Below are positions 1 to 11,068 of a DNA stretch of 64,000 bases, piece after piece. Within the stretch, counting starts at the first letter, position 1. Every line of letters begins with the position of its first letter. Below the pieces are notes generated by a model. The model searched no databases. It had not been told where the DNA came from and worked only from the letters and a program-made list of their open reading frames with translations. Source of the stretch: Marsupella aquatica (Eukaryota; Plantae; Marchantiophyta); NCBI GenBank assembly GCA_973895155.1, contig OZ316896.1:5027925-5091924 (forward strand), read 5' to 3'. The position numbers and the translations under genes were made by a program.

Positions 1-177
1 TAGGCATTTTGGGTACACTTGCGTAAATTCATGTGACACGTATTTGATAAGAGCCTTATTATTAATATTGTGTCGAATGTACATACGGGGATGTAGTGAC
101 TACTTTAAAAAATAATATAAAAATTACTTTGCATTGCATTAAAAATACCCTTGCGTCGTTCGCATGTCCGCCCTATA

Positions 178-1244
178 TTAGTAAGAGTGAGGGCCTAGGG
201 TCCCTGGGTGGAGCAAAGTTGGGAGAATTTTGCCCATTCCCAGGGGTCTGTGGACTGTGAGCTCTTGAGGGAAAATTTGTAGCTGAATCATGGGCGATGT
301 GTTCTGTGACAATGCCAATGAGGTCATCCTCCCAGAATTCAGGCAAATTGAATTATACTCCATCATCAACACCTGCCGGTCCTTCTACATTTAAATAAAA
401 CATAACTCTGTCAGAACAATGATTGAATCAGGCTATTTCAGTCAAAAAACCCCATGCCTTTTAAAATCACGTAATTGCAAAATTACTATAGACATCGTAC
501 TAGAGTGAGGATGATTGTGGGCAAGTAAGGAACAGCCGCAACATCTGGCGGGATGGATCCATCTTCATGTGGATTATAGCTTGTGAATTCATCCTTGTCT
601 ATCCCAAAATCTCCAGTACCTCGAGGTGGCACATTAGGCCGGCAAACAGAGCATGCATGCATCCTCTTGAAATGAGGACACATCCTCTCTAGCTTGTCCT
701 CTAGAGTCAGGCCAGCCATGAAACCTTCCTCTGATAGACCATCCCCACTTGACATTTTCAATTCACGAGCTTCTTTGTACTTGGCAACATACCTTGCAAA
801 TCTTTTGTTCAGATTGGGCCCGTTGATGTTCCTTGGGAAGTTATATGCCTGCAAGACAACAAGCATTTGTTTAAAAATGGTAGCCCTGCTTATGGGACGC
901 CCCTGGGTTTTTGTCTTTCCGCCACCATGGAAGAGGTTGAAGTTATCTGGATTCTCTAGCCAATCAACGATCAAACCATAGTCAGAGTGCTTCAGCCTGA
1001 ATTTCTCCCCACCTCCAGCGCCACTTGTGCCAGCACCGCCTGCAACATTCCTGGGAGCCATGTCTGTAAGGAGAAGTTTGCTAGTGACACCAACTCTGGG
1101 GAGTTTAGAAGCGACTCTGGTTGTCGCTGCACCGAGAGTGGCAGAACTGATTTTGAGGAGATCGGCAGCAACTTCAATTGTCGATACATAGGGAGTGAAA
1201 GAATCAAGATTGGCTACTGACTGTCCCTTCAATTCAAACTTCAC
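178..1244 (-). pseudogene. Decayed Myb/SANT-like ORF, probably from a PIF/Harbinger element
   Basis: ORF 486-1244 contains DYGLIVDWLENPDNFNLFHGGG...LNKRFARYVAKYKEARE...SGDGLSEE...LEDKLERMCPHFKRMH...RPNVPP, which resembles from memory the Harbinger-associated Myb/SANT-like proteins of fungi. A likely further exon below the acceptor at ~385 (EGPAGVDDGV*FNLPEFWEDD...) has an in-frame stop. The ORF starts at GTG. Confidence 0.55.
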
Positions 1245-1757
1245 TGTTTCTGGCAGAATGAGCTAATGCGATGCCCATTATGCACCATCCTCTTGTCAGT
1301 TCATCGCGCACCTGAGTCTCGTCTCCATGTTTGAATTTGTGGGTGCCATCTTCAGGACCTCACGATTCAATAGTTTGATGAGTTGAGTGCAAAAACGACA
1401 CAAGACATATGCTTGGAATTTGAATTCAAATGCCAACAATCTCTTGCGAGCTAATGTGGACACTTTCCTGCCTCGCCGTTGCGGACGTTTTGGAGAACCG
1501 AGTTCAGTTTTGAGTGGGCCAATTCCCGCAACAGTTGCCTCATGAGACGGATCAAACCCCGGCTCCCCTCTCTGGTCCAAACCTGTTTCATGTGGCCGTA
1601 ACTGGAGTTAATGCCATATGTGGTTTCCTGTAACTTGGGGAACGGCTGCAGGTCTGAGACGCCCTATTACCATTCAAAGAATGGGCTTTCAGGCTCGTTA
1701 CTGTTGTGCAAGGATGAACTGGACTGGTCCTGTTGTTTTTAAAGCTACCAACGTACA

Positions 1758-2552
1758 TTTTAGATGCAAACTTTCACCATATTCCACCTCCCCCCCTTTT
1801 TTTGGCTACTTTTGGCAAAAAATGGCCAGAGGTTTTGTATCCCCTTAACCAGATTCCCACCTAGTCACAGACCCTGCTAGAGCATCTCGAATGGTTACTG
1901 GGTTGACTCAATAATATTATGTTGACCAAACTCAGTAAGGTGGAACAACCCCAATGGGTTACCCCATTAGAACATCTCCAAAGGTTACTGGGTTGGCTTA
2001 GTAATGCTATGTTGATTAAACCCAGTAAGGTGGAACAAAAAAGGCAACCCCAATGGGTTACTGCAACTCAATTCACTTGTGACCTTAGTGTGTTTTTTGT
2101 TACTAGATCTATATATGAGCTGCTTCCTCATAGTGCATTGACTGAATACAACAGGATTCATTCCTTTTCGAAGATCTAATGACTACTATACAACCGCTCT
2201 TGTATCAAGAGGAACTAAAAAACCCAGTAACCATTGGGCTTGCTTTTTCCAAGATCTAATGATTACTATACAATGGCTCTTGTATCAAGAGTTACTAAAA
2301 AACCCAGTAACCATTGGGCTTGCTTTTTGACATATCATCCTTGTTCTATATACTTAAAGAAATGCAACTATTGAATATTTAATGTATACAAAAAGCAAAA
2401 ATAGCGTACATTGTTGGAGATACTCTTATCCAGAATCTAACGGTTTCCCTTAAATCTGGGCCGATCTAGCGGTCAAAAAGTAATTGAGAAAAACCGATAA
2501 CGATTGTTTCTAGCAGTTCTTCTCGGAGAGGGAGACATTCCGCCACACTAGC
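1758..2552 (-). mobile_element. Dispersed ~250-bp MITE-like repeat, copy A, interrupted by a Tourist MITE
   Basis: The reverse complement of 2430-2552 (GCTAGTGTGGCGGAATGTC...TTTTTGACCGCTAGATC...AGATTCTGG) and of 1758-1879 (...TCTGTGACTAGG...TTTTGCCAAAAGT...CTAAAA) aligns by eye with the copies at 22170, 24260 and 29105. Confidence 0.65.
1880..2425. mobile_element. Tourist-like (PIF/Harbinger) MITE with duplicated left end
   Basis: Left TIRs GAGCATCTCGAA (1880) and GAACATCTCCAA (1970, preceded by TTA); right TIR TTGGAGATACTC ends at 2425 and is followed by TTA. An internal ~80-bp direct repeat lies at 2165-2328. Confidence 0.75.
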
Positions 2553-3138
2553 GGTAGCGACAACGGTAAACGCTAAATAATACGCTGTTCTCTACAGTAA
2601 CCGTGAGGTCTCTGCGACCGGTATCATTCTCACAGAGGTGCACCCTTCAAGACAAAACGAAGACCGGTATGTGTTGATAAGCAGACCAGACTGGTAGCGT
2701 TGTTTGACTTCGACAGTGTGAACAGCGAAACGAGCTTTCTTGCGAGCGATTTGTTAAATCGAGGAAATGTGCGTTTCGTCCCCGATGTTGGGGGACTTCG
2801 AGGGCCCCCCCAAAATGGCTTTCGGCGAGTGGGGTGATGTATTGATGATTCGACTTTGTGGGGACTAAAATTTTGGTGGGATTGAAAGCATGTTTCGTGG
2901 ATCAGAATGGTTAATCAATTGATCGACTGGCTCACAGCAGCCACTTTCTGTAAATTTGCACGAGGATTCACTCTAGAATGCTGTCACGACCGCAGGAATG
3001 CTGCAGCTCTGCTAGCTAATGAACCCTGCCGCAACGAGCACTGGCAATGCAGCAGACGACTTCGATCGCAGACCTCCAATTTGTGTGAAGAAGAAGCTCT
3101 GAGGTGGTGCGAAACTGCGACTGGTTTGAGCTCCGAAA

Positions 3139-6100
3139 ATGACAGAGTCTGAGGGCCAGATAAATTTGAAGGTAAACTTTCTCTCTGGACCCATCGATGC
3201 TTCTCTGTGAAAGATTAAGCCGTTCATTTCAAGTACATGTGCCTGTCTGGCTGAAAGACTCCCATTCAAAAACTTTTCGTCCAAAATTGACCTGGTTGCT
3301 GAATTGGGCGCAGTGCACATTTGAATTTTTACAGGATCGCTAACAGTATCACGAATGAAGGCTGTGAGAGTCAGCTTTCGCTTCCGGATTGTTTCGTTGC
3401 AGGAAGAGTTGAGCATGCTGATTGTGTTCTTTTCTAACTGGAAATTGAAGGACTACCTGCCAGAGACTTGGTTCTAGTGGTTGCTTTGAGTTGGCCCAGT
3501 TGTAAGCTGTCCTTGATCGATTGCAGGGTAAAACTGTCGGTTATATCATCTGCTGGCTACTCGGCAATGGGTGTCTCTTTGCCTGGAACAGTGTGCTCAC
3601 GGTGGAAGACTACTTTGGGAGCGTGTTTCCGGTACTGTTTCCCTGTTCTCTTCGCAACTGGCTAAGGCAGTGCACAGATTTCACCCTCTTTACTAGCATC
3701 CAGGGCTTAGCTTCACCTTCAGGTTTTAGAAAGAGTCTTAAGAAAACATCCTCGATTTTTGATTCATCGTTGTGGAAACAAACTATATTCAGTTTGAAGC
3801 TGATGCCTGTACTGAGCCCCTTCTAGAGTCTGCAAACCTTACTGACTACTGTACTGAGTGAGTATTTGACGCGTGCAGAGGTACCATCCTACGAGAGTGA
3901 TCTCGCTGGTTTACCAGCCATTTGCGCTGGTTACTCTAGCAGTCTTGACATATTATGAAGCTCGTGTCAACACTCGTCTCCGCATTCTTTCCGGCTATGC
4001 TCTTCTTTGCTTATTTGTCCTCCTAATCCCAATTGTAAGCAAGGATTCAGGTTTCCATTGGGTATCTGGTAACAGTTTGGTTTGTCACCCTGGCTGTTCA
4101 AGTGTAGGGATATGTGATAATTATCATTGCTGCTGTTTCGTGAAGATCTATTTTTTACAGCGTTCTCAAATCGAGGTCATTTTCACTGCAAAGGAAGACT
4201 TTGAGACAACGCTGGCACACCTTGATTCTCTCTCAGAGCCTCCAAGCTTTCTTCGTTAGCTTTGGTTGCTTTCCTGGATTGTTGCTTCAAGAACGGCAAA
4301 TGAACCCCTAGTTTGCTCTGCTGGTAGCTATACAGGAGAGCAACATCTCGTCCCGGATCTGATGCCAGAGTTGGTGATGTCAACTGCTTGTTCTGGTGCC
4401 CATAGCTCGATCTTGCTACGTCCGGACATGGAGGTATTGGGCCGTATGTTGGGACTTGCCTGTTTGTGGGAGGATTTGGCTTTGCGGATGCCTTTATACA
4501 GGGGGGCATGGCGGGCGACCTGTCATACATGCATCCCCACTTCATTCAGGTTCGTTCAAGCTGTGATTCAAAGAGCTCCGAATTGGCGTGAAGGATGTCC
4601 GTTAAGTTTTTACTGAAAATGAATAAAATCAGTGACTGGAAATGTGTCGTTGGTGACTCAACAGGCATTCTTTGCAGGATTGGCCTCATCTGGAGTCATG
4701 ACAGCCGGTCTTCGCTTCATAACGAAAGCCTCGTTTGAGAAGGCATCAAATGGTCTTCGAAAGGGCTTTCGTAAGTTCTCACACAACATTCTCGTCAGAT
4801 TTCATACTTTCTTGGCTTTTCGAACCTACTAATTGCCGCCTCATATTTGCTTCTATTTTTATCCGGAGAACGTCTAGCGACTCAGTGTTCCCTCTCAGAT
4901 TTGGGGAAAGGAAGCTCAGTTCCAGACTTGGGTTACGATGAGTACTAATATTCCATCGGTAAGGTGTAAAAGGTACAAATCGGGTTGATCGAAGAGAAGT
5001 AATTTGGAACAGAGACAGAATCATTCGCACACGAATCCTCCTCTTGGAATTCCTGAGCCTAACTCCTCTGTCGTCATTTCGCTCGACTCTATGAGAGGAA
5101 TTCAGAACTTTCTTACCTTGGGGCTTCTTAAACTATGTAGAGTAGACCTTGAGTGTGTGATTACTGCGGTTTCGTGTATAACAGACACAGAACAGTACTA
5201 CGATTGCCTCCCAGTGTTTTCCTTAGACCATAAAATCTCTTGCTCTCGTCTACCATGGTAGTCGATGCCTATAACTTCTGGAAACCATGACCACGTTGTT
5301 ATCCTAACCTCCCTACATGTTCTTAACACATGTTTCCATCTCCTCAATTTTTCTAGTGACTTGCAAGTGCCTCCGGGCCGCTCATGTGTATCTGTGATTG
5401 TGCTGCAAATATCCTCCATTCGTCCTACATTCCCTGAATCCGAATTTCTCAAGGTGTTTCATTAAACAGGGATGAGTAAGGCGGTCTATTGTGATGGTCA
5501 AGTTCATGGCTTAGGAGGACCTTTTTCCAGCAAACTAACCAGCGGACGCGGTTGTGCTGTGCAGTTCTATTTTTCTTCTTGTCAGCATTTTTTGAGTTAC
5601 TGTGCGTCGGACTTTATGCTTTCATCTTTCCCAAACTCGAGATTGTGAAGTATTATCGCTCGAAGACTGCCTCGCAAGGTTCGAGGACTGTGACCGCTGA
5701 CCTCGCCGCAGGTGGTGTCTACGACGCGGTGCCTGTCAAAGTAAGGAAATTGTGAAACGTCTTTTGCATTCGGGAAACAGAAAAGAATGGGATTCGAGTG
5801 CCGACTGCGCAAACCTTTTGATTTCATAGCTGCCTTACGGTAAATATGAAAAAGCACGATAAAGTTACTAAAGAGATAGTAGGGTGATCCCTTCTCGACT
5901 GATATTGGAATTGAATAGTCGATCAATAAATTTTCTCGAACGTATGAAGAGAGGTGGGTAACGCCCTCTAGGCAATATGACCTTGCATACTCTTTTGCCC
6001 AAGATCCTCAACAAAAGCATGGGTTTACTATTTTCCCTTTTTCCATTTTCAATAGACTCTCTATGTTTTGGAGACAGCAAACTCTAACGAACATGTTTTA

Positions 6101-7268
6101 GAACCAAACCCAGAGTGGAGATGACGGGTGCAGCTCGAAACGTGCAAACTAGAATTTCGGTTGAATGGTTTTGTTCAAACACTCAGATCCACGTTCTGGC
6201 TCTTGAGAGACGTGAACTTCCCGCTTCAGCAACACGCAAAATCAATTGAACTATGTGTGTCTGTGCCATCCTGGGAGTAGATTTCTGACAGTTCTGACGA
6301 TGATAGAGTAATTTGAAATCACTTTTATGAGCAGGATGAAGAGGCAGGAAGGCCCATTGTCCGTCGCACCAACTCTCAACTTCTTATGGAGAATCTGGAC
6401 TACTGTTTCGTGATATTGAACACATACATTTTCACTCTTTCAATATTTCCAGGTTTTCTCTCTGAAGACACAGGGCGGCATCAGTTGGGCACATGGTGAG
6501 GAGTACTTACTCTCCTTTGCAGTGGATGCTCACGTGTGGTAATGCAAACTCATAGTTGGTTACGAGTACTGTGGCCTACAAGAACTATGTTTGTAGGTCC
6601 ATCATCTTCTACCTTATGCGAGTACTACGGAGTCTTTCCTTTCTTTATTTCGTACAATGCCCTTGAAACTGTTTGCGTTGTATTTTGCAGGTATGTACTT
6701 ACACTCATTGCCATGGTCGCTATTGGGGATCTTACTGGCCGTTGCATACCTCTCATCAAGGCCCTCATGCTGAAGTCTCGACCAGGACTAATTGCACTTT
6801 CCCTTCTTCGTTATGGATTGATCCCCGCGTTTTACTTCACTTCAAAATATGGCGGGCAGGGATGGATGTTGTTTCTATGTATACTTCTGGGCTTATCCAA
6901 CGGTTACATCACTGTCTGCGTCTTTGTAGAAGCTCCAACGGGCTACTCGGTAAGCAGAATGAAACATCCCCGCCTCATTTCGGATATGTTGTGAGGTCAA
7001 GGAATTATCAGGATGACTGTTAATTGGGAACCTGCGAATTAAAAGCATATTTATGATTCTCATTTCGGTTCTCTTCCTGCAATTTAAGAACTGAATTCAT
7101 TGCAGCTACAGAATCGGTGTTTCCCATGTCTGCTCACACAACCTGTGTTAACTTTTGCAGGGTCCTGAACAAAACGCCCTAGGTAACATCTTAGTTTGGT
7201 TCCTTCTCCTGGGCGTAGCGGCCGGAGTTGGACTGGACTGGTTGTGGTTGATTGGCAAAGGGTGGTGA
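3139..7268 (+). CDS. ENT3: Equilibrative nucleoside transporter (ENT3-like, SLC29), copy 1; 9 exons, 415 aa
   Basis: Exons 3139-3171, 3527-3631, 3879-4034, 4406-4549, 4665-4770, 5565-5740, 6335-6495, 6691-6949, 7161-7268. All introns are GT-AG with consistent phases, total 1248 nt. Motifs LLGNGCLFAWNS, YHPTRV..LVYQPFAL, QGGMAGDL, LSIFPGFL.EDTG, GWM..L...LGLSNGY and GPEQNALGN...LDWLWLIGKGW match plant ENT3-type proteins. Confidence 0.95.
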
Positions 7269-7696
7269 TCAACCAGCTTTGGAAAATCTCTTTGGAGAGG
7301 AAACCGAGGTCCCTTCCACACTGCACCAGTATTCAAGCTAGAAACCGTCGGTAGATTTCCTTGATGTGAACATTAATTAATATCACATAACACGCTGGAG
7401 CTTGTACTGAACAAATATTATAAGAGAAGCACTCATTTTCTGCATAGAATGTCGTTCAATAATGTACAGCAATCTAAGGTTCATCATGTTTTCGGTCTTG
7501 ACCTTTTCGAATTAGTAGCCATGGCTGTAGTCAGAAGTGACAAGTTGGCTTTCGTTGAGTACTACTTAGCCCATCCCCTGTATTTAACTCAGAATTGGCA
7601 AAGAAATCTTCTACCAAAAGTTCATATGCCCTCAAACGATGTTCTGTGTTTTGCTTGCTATGGTCACTCTTCTTTATTTTCTCAAACCATAATTAC

Positions 7697-8844
7697 GGAC
7701 AGGGTCCCTTCCAAAATTCCAGGCTCCACAATGCACCACATCATCATGACACGCTGCATGAAGAGACTTCTTTTTGGATAAAATTAATTTTTGCATGCGT
7801 GTTTGTGACAACTTTGCTGTAAAATCTAGGACGCCATGCCGTAAAAGAGAATGTAAAAACAACTGACATGCAAATCAAAAGACAAAAAGATTGAGGTAAA
7901 ATTGCCCAGTAAAGGTTTTATTTACATTTTGATGTTATTTATAACATGAAATTTTCTCGACAACAATTTTTGATTTGACATTGTTGAGTCAAATCATAAT
8001 GAAAATTCACATATAATATGGTGTTGGAAAGATCTTGACGAGACTATCCTAATGAACTCAGGATTGTCACCATTTGGTAAGAATTGAGTAAGTAAAAATA
8101 AATTTTACTTGTGATTTCATAATCTCTAATGTGAATAGAAACCTTTGTTGCACAACCCCTAAAATGTTAATCCCTTCCATGACAATGAACCTAAAATTGA
8201 TAGATTTAAAATTGACATATTTTATCAAGTACTAAGGAGATTATGAGTTTTAGAATTTCTTTAGCTTTTTAATGAACTTAACATTGATAGATTTAGTTGA
8301 GTTTTGAGGAGATTATGAGTTTCCAATGTTCTCTAGCTTTCCAATGAGTGTGATATTGGGAGATTTCATCAAATACTAAAGTGGTCATGAGTTTCTAAAT
8401 TTCTCTAGCTTTTGATAGATTCCAAATTTTACAATTGGAGATTTGTTTCCATGAAACTTTTTGTCTTAGACAATTCTGCAAAGTTAGTGATTTGATGACA
8501 CCGGCGGCTTCTCTCTCTTCATCTCTCTGCATGTAGAAATTCAAACGTGATTACTTTTGATGCAACTTGAGTGCATCCAACATCCCTTCGTTATCGCGGA
8601 GGAAACCGTCAAGCACCATTTTGCTGAAGTGGGTAATTAAACTACCCACAGATTAAACAATAGTTCACATTGCAAGTGGTTTTGTGATTGATGTTAATTA
8701 TGGTTGCCTTGGTAAGTTTGGCAACTGTTTCAAGTGTCAAACATTGACTTGTCCATTTTTGATATGTTTTTCTTTAGACTTGGAGGTCCATTGGGCTTAA
8801 GTTTCTAGATAACTGCCTCTAAAATAACATGGGGGTACATAGAT
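7697..8844. mobile_element. ~1.15-kb AT-rich insertion specific to duplication unit 1
   Basis: Absent from unit 2, which is continuous at ~16115-16135. Flanked by TAATT on both sides (possible TSD). Internal repeated GAGATTATGAGTTT...CTCTAGCTTT motifs lie at 8235-8415. No clear TIR. Confidence 0.55.
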
Positions 8845-9848
8845 TAATTCAAAGATGTCAAGTTATTATTACTTGCAGACTGGTCGTGGATTGGCAAGAA
8901 TGAAGACGGCCTTCACTCTTGAGTGCTGGTATTTCAGCAGGTGCTACAAATTGAAGGCACAAAAACTCGGCTTGTCCACTAGCTTCAAAAGACTTTGTTG
9001 CTGGTGCTTGGGATTAGGGTCATAGCATTGTGAACCTTGAAATGCAAGCAATGAGAGGGCTCATCGCAAGTCGGCCAACCGATGGGAACAAAGCCCAGGC
9101 AAAAAAATTAGGGTCACCAACTACTATTAGGAAGCCTCAAATATTGAAATAACACCCACCTCACGGGAGTCCCGCAATACACTTGGGTGCACCAAAACTG
9201 GGTAGCAGGGCAGTGATATTTTTGGGCCCTCAGATTTTAGAGGGGTCGCAGCAGTGTGTGAAAATCGCAAGGTGAATCAATAAACACACTGAAATTGGGT
9301 ACTCTCCTTGCAGCAGTCGGCCCTCAGTTTTGGTCACAACTCCTCGGCTTGACTGGTCGGGCCTCACATTCGGTGGCTGACCAGTTGTTTCCGCTGCCCC
9401 CGGTCACAACACTCCTGGACAAGGTCATGTGCAAACATTCATTGTATTTGAGACGCCCTATTGCACATTTAAGTCTGCATCTCACACTGTAAACTCTCGG
9501 CCCGACTAGCTAAAAGCCTGCATCTTCTAACATTTGAGACTCCCTATTGCTGACAACATGGATGTTTTGCAACTCCTTTGGCTCTATTCAAATCCCCAAA
9601 TCATTAAAGAACCTCCCCTTTTTGTTGCATGCTTGTTGAGCACATCAGGTCCATTCACTTCACCCTAAACCTAAAACTGTCATAAATTATGTTATGAAAA
9701 TTGTCGGACCTCCCATGCATGTTCTACGCCACAACTGTCATAAAATTGTTAAAAAAGTCTTCATGCTTTCATATCAATTGTTAAAGAAATCACCTTTATT
9801 CAAAGATAATATGCACCTTTATTCAAGAAACACAAAAGTAGTTGACAC

Positions 9849-10198
9849 TGTTGAGTATAGACGATAATCGCAACGGTAAGCACATGACATATCCAACATG
9901 CAAGTAGTCGACACAAGAGATACGTGGTTCACCTCCTTGAGGCTACGTCCACGGGAACACACAAGAGAGCTTTACTGAACTCTAAGCCCATCGGCTATAC
10001 CGAGTCTCCACAGTGTAAGCTCTCCTTATCTCTCAAGTGGCTCCATAACAATGAGCCTTGGTTCTACCTCTCCAAGCACACATGCCTCTTATGATATAGT
10101 GTGCAACTTAGTTGTACCTAACCACATAGTTGTACCAACCCACGTTGTTGTACCAACCACGTCATACCTAACCTAGACGTAAGAGTAAATACCCAACA
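9849..10198 (-). mobile_element. Solo LTR (Copia-like), 350 bp
   Basis: Ends TGTTGAGTAT...ATACCCAACA form a TG...CA imperfect inverted repeat, with a perfect 5-bp TSD GACAC (9844-9848 and 10199-10203). The minus strand carries GTGGACGTAG...GAACCACGTATCTCTTGTGTC, typical of the Copia LTR U5 region. Confidence 0.88.
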
Positions 10199-10203
10199 GA
10201 CAC

Positions 10204-10353
10204 ATGAAGTAATTATATAGTTCATCTCATCAAATGCTACGTCCACCTGGAACACACAAAGAAACTCTAGTAAACCCTAAACACGTTGACCATTCAAATT
10301 CTTTTAGACTAGACTCTCCTTGTCTATTAGATGTCTCCATAACAATGAGTCTT
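10204..10353 (-). mobile_element. Older degenerate LTR remnant of the same family, split by the solo LTR
   Basis: GCTACGTCCACCTGGAACACACAAAG...CTCTCCTTGTCT...CTCCATAACAATGAGTCTT resembles 9942-10060. The left part AAGTAGTTGACAC (9836-9848) matches AAGTAGTCGACAC inside the young LTR. Confidence 0.65.
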
Positions 10354-10356
10354 AAT

Positions 10357-10575
10357 CCACCCACTAATTACTAAGTAATATTAGGGAAGTAATGAAGGCA
10401 CATTGAATTTATCCAAACATTTGACTATGGTTAGATTAACTATGATTACAAAGCAAATCTACACCTGCCTAATTCCACCCACTAATTATCAAGTAATGTT
10501 AGTGAATTAATAAAGGCAAATTTAACTTTAACTCAACATTTGATTATGGTTAGATTATCTATGATTACAAAATAA
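10357..10575. repeat. Two degenerate tandem copies of a ~119-bp AT-rich unit
   Basis: CCACCCACTAATTA...CATTTGA(C/T)TATGGTTAGATTA.CTATGATTACAAA occurs twice. Confidence 0.8.
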
Positions 10576-10687
10576 CTTTAAAATTTGAAAATAAATGTCT
10601 AAAGAACAGGGTGATGAGTCTTTGGCTAACTCACAATGGCTTGGATTCCCTCACTCCTATGGATCTCAAAGAAAGGCAGTACTCCTA

Positions 10688-10740
10688 CTGTCTTCCCTTG
10701 AACACTGGCTTCCCTTGAACACTGTCTTCCCTTGAAGACT
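10688..10740. repeat. 17-bp tandem repeat x3
   Basis: ACTG(T/G)CTTCCCTTGAA(C/G) occurs three times. Confidence 0.85.
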
Positions 10741-11068
10741 CTATTTGAGATTTGACCATAAAATGTTCTACATAGAGCACACATAGTAAAAAATTCAAGA
10801 ATATATGATAATGCCAATATTCAAACACAATGTCCATTTTCAAACACAATGCCCTACATATACAAAAATTAAAACACATAGTCAAAACACAAATGCAACC
10901 GCCCGGGGGCACTATTCAAATAGAGCACCCCATGGCCCACTATTCAAATATAAGACCATGGCATTGTATTAGGGGGAAGATGAGAGTAATTCCATTAGAT
11001 AAGCCTTTAGTACATTATTTTACTCGAAGGATGAACCGAGTGAACGGGTGCTCTTGTTTTCGAACAGT

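Larger units (their letters stand above)
2590..9055 (+). repeat. Tandem segmental duplication unit 1 (ENT gene plus flanks)
   Basis: Colinear similarity to 11069-16328 across promoter, exons, introns and 3' flank, e.g. TTCAAGACAAAACGA(A/G)GACCGGTA at the left end and GTGAACCTTGAAAT(G/C)CAAGCAA at the right end. Confidence 0.9.

Noticed and set aside
3415-3477. ATG at 3415 as ENT start codon
   Set aside because: It stops after 20 codons. The 33-nt exon at 3139-3171 gives a family-typical N-terminus and is conserved in copy 2.
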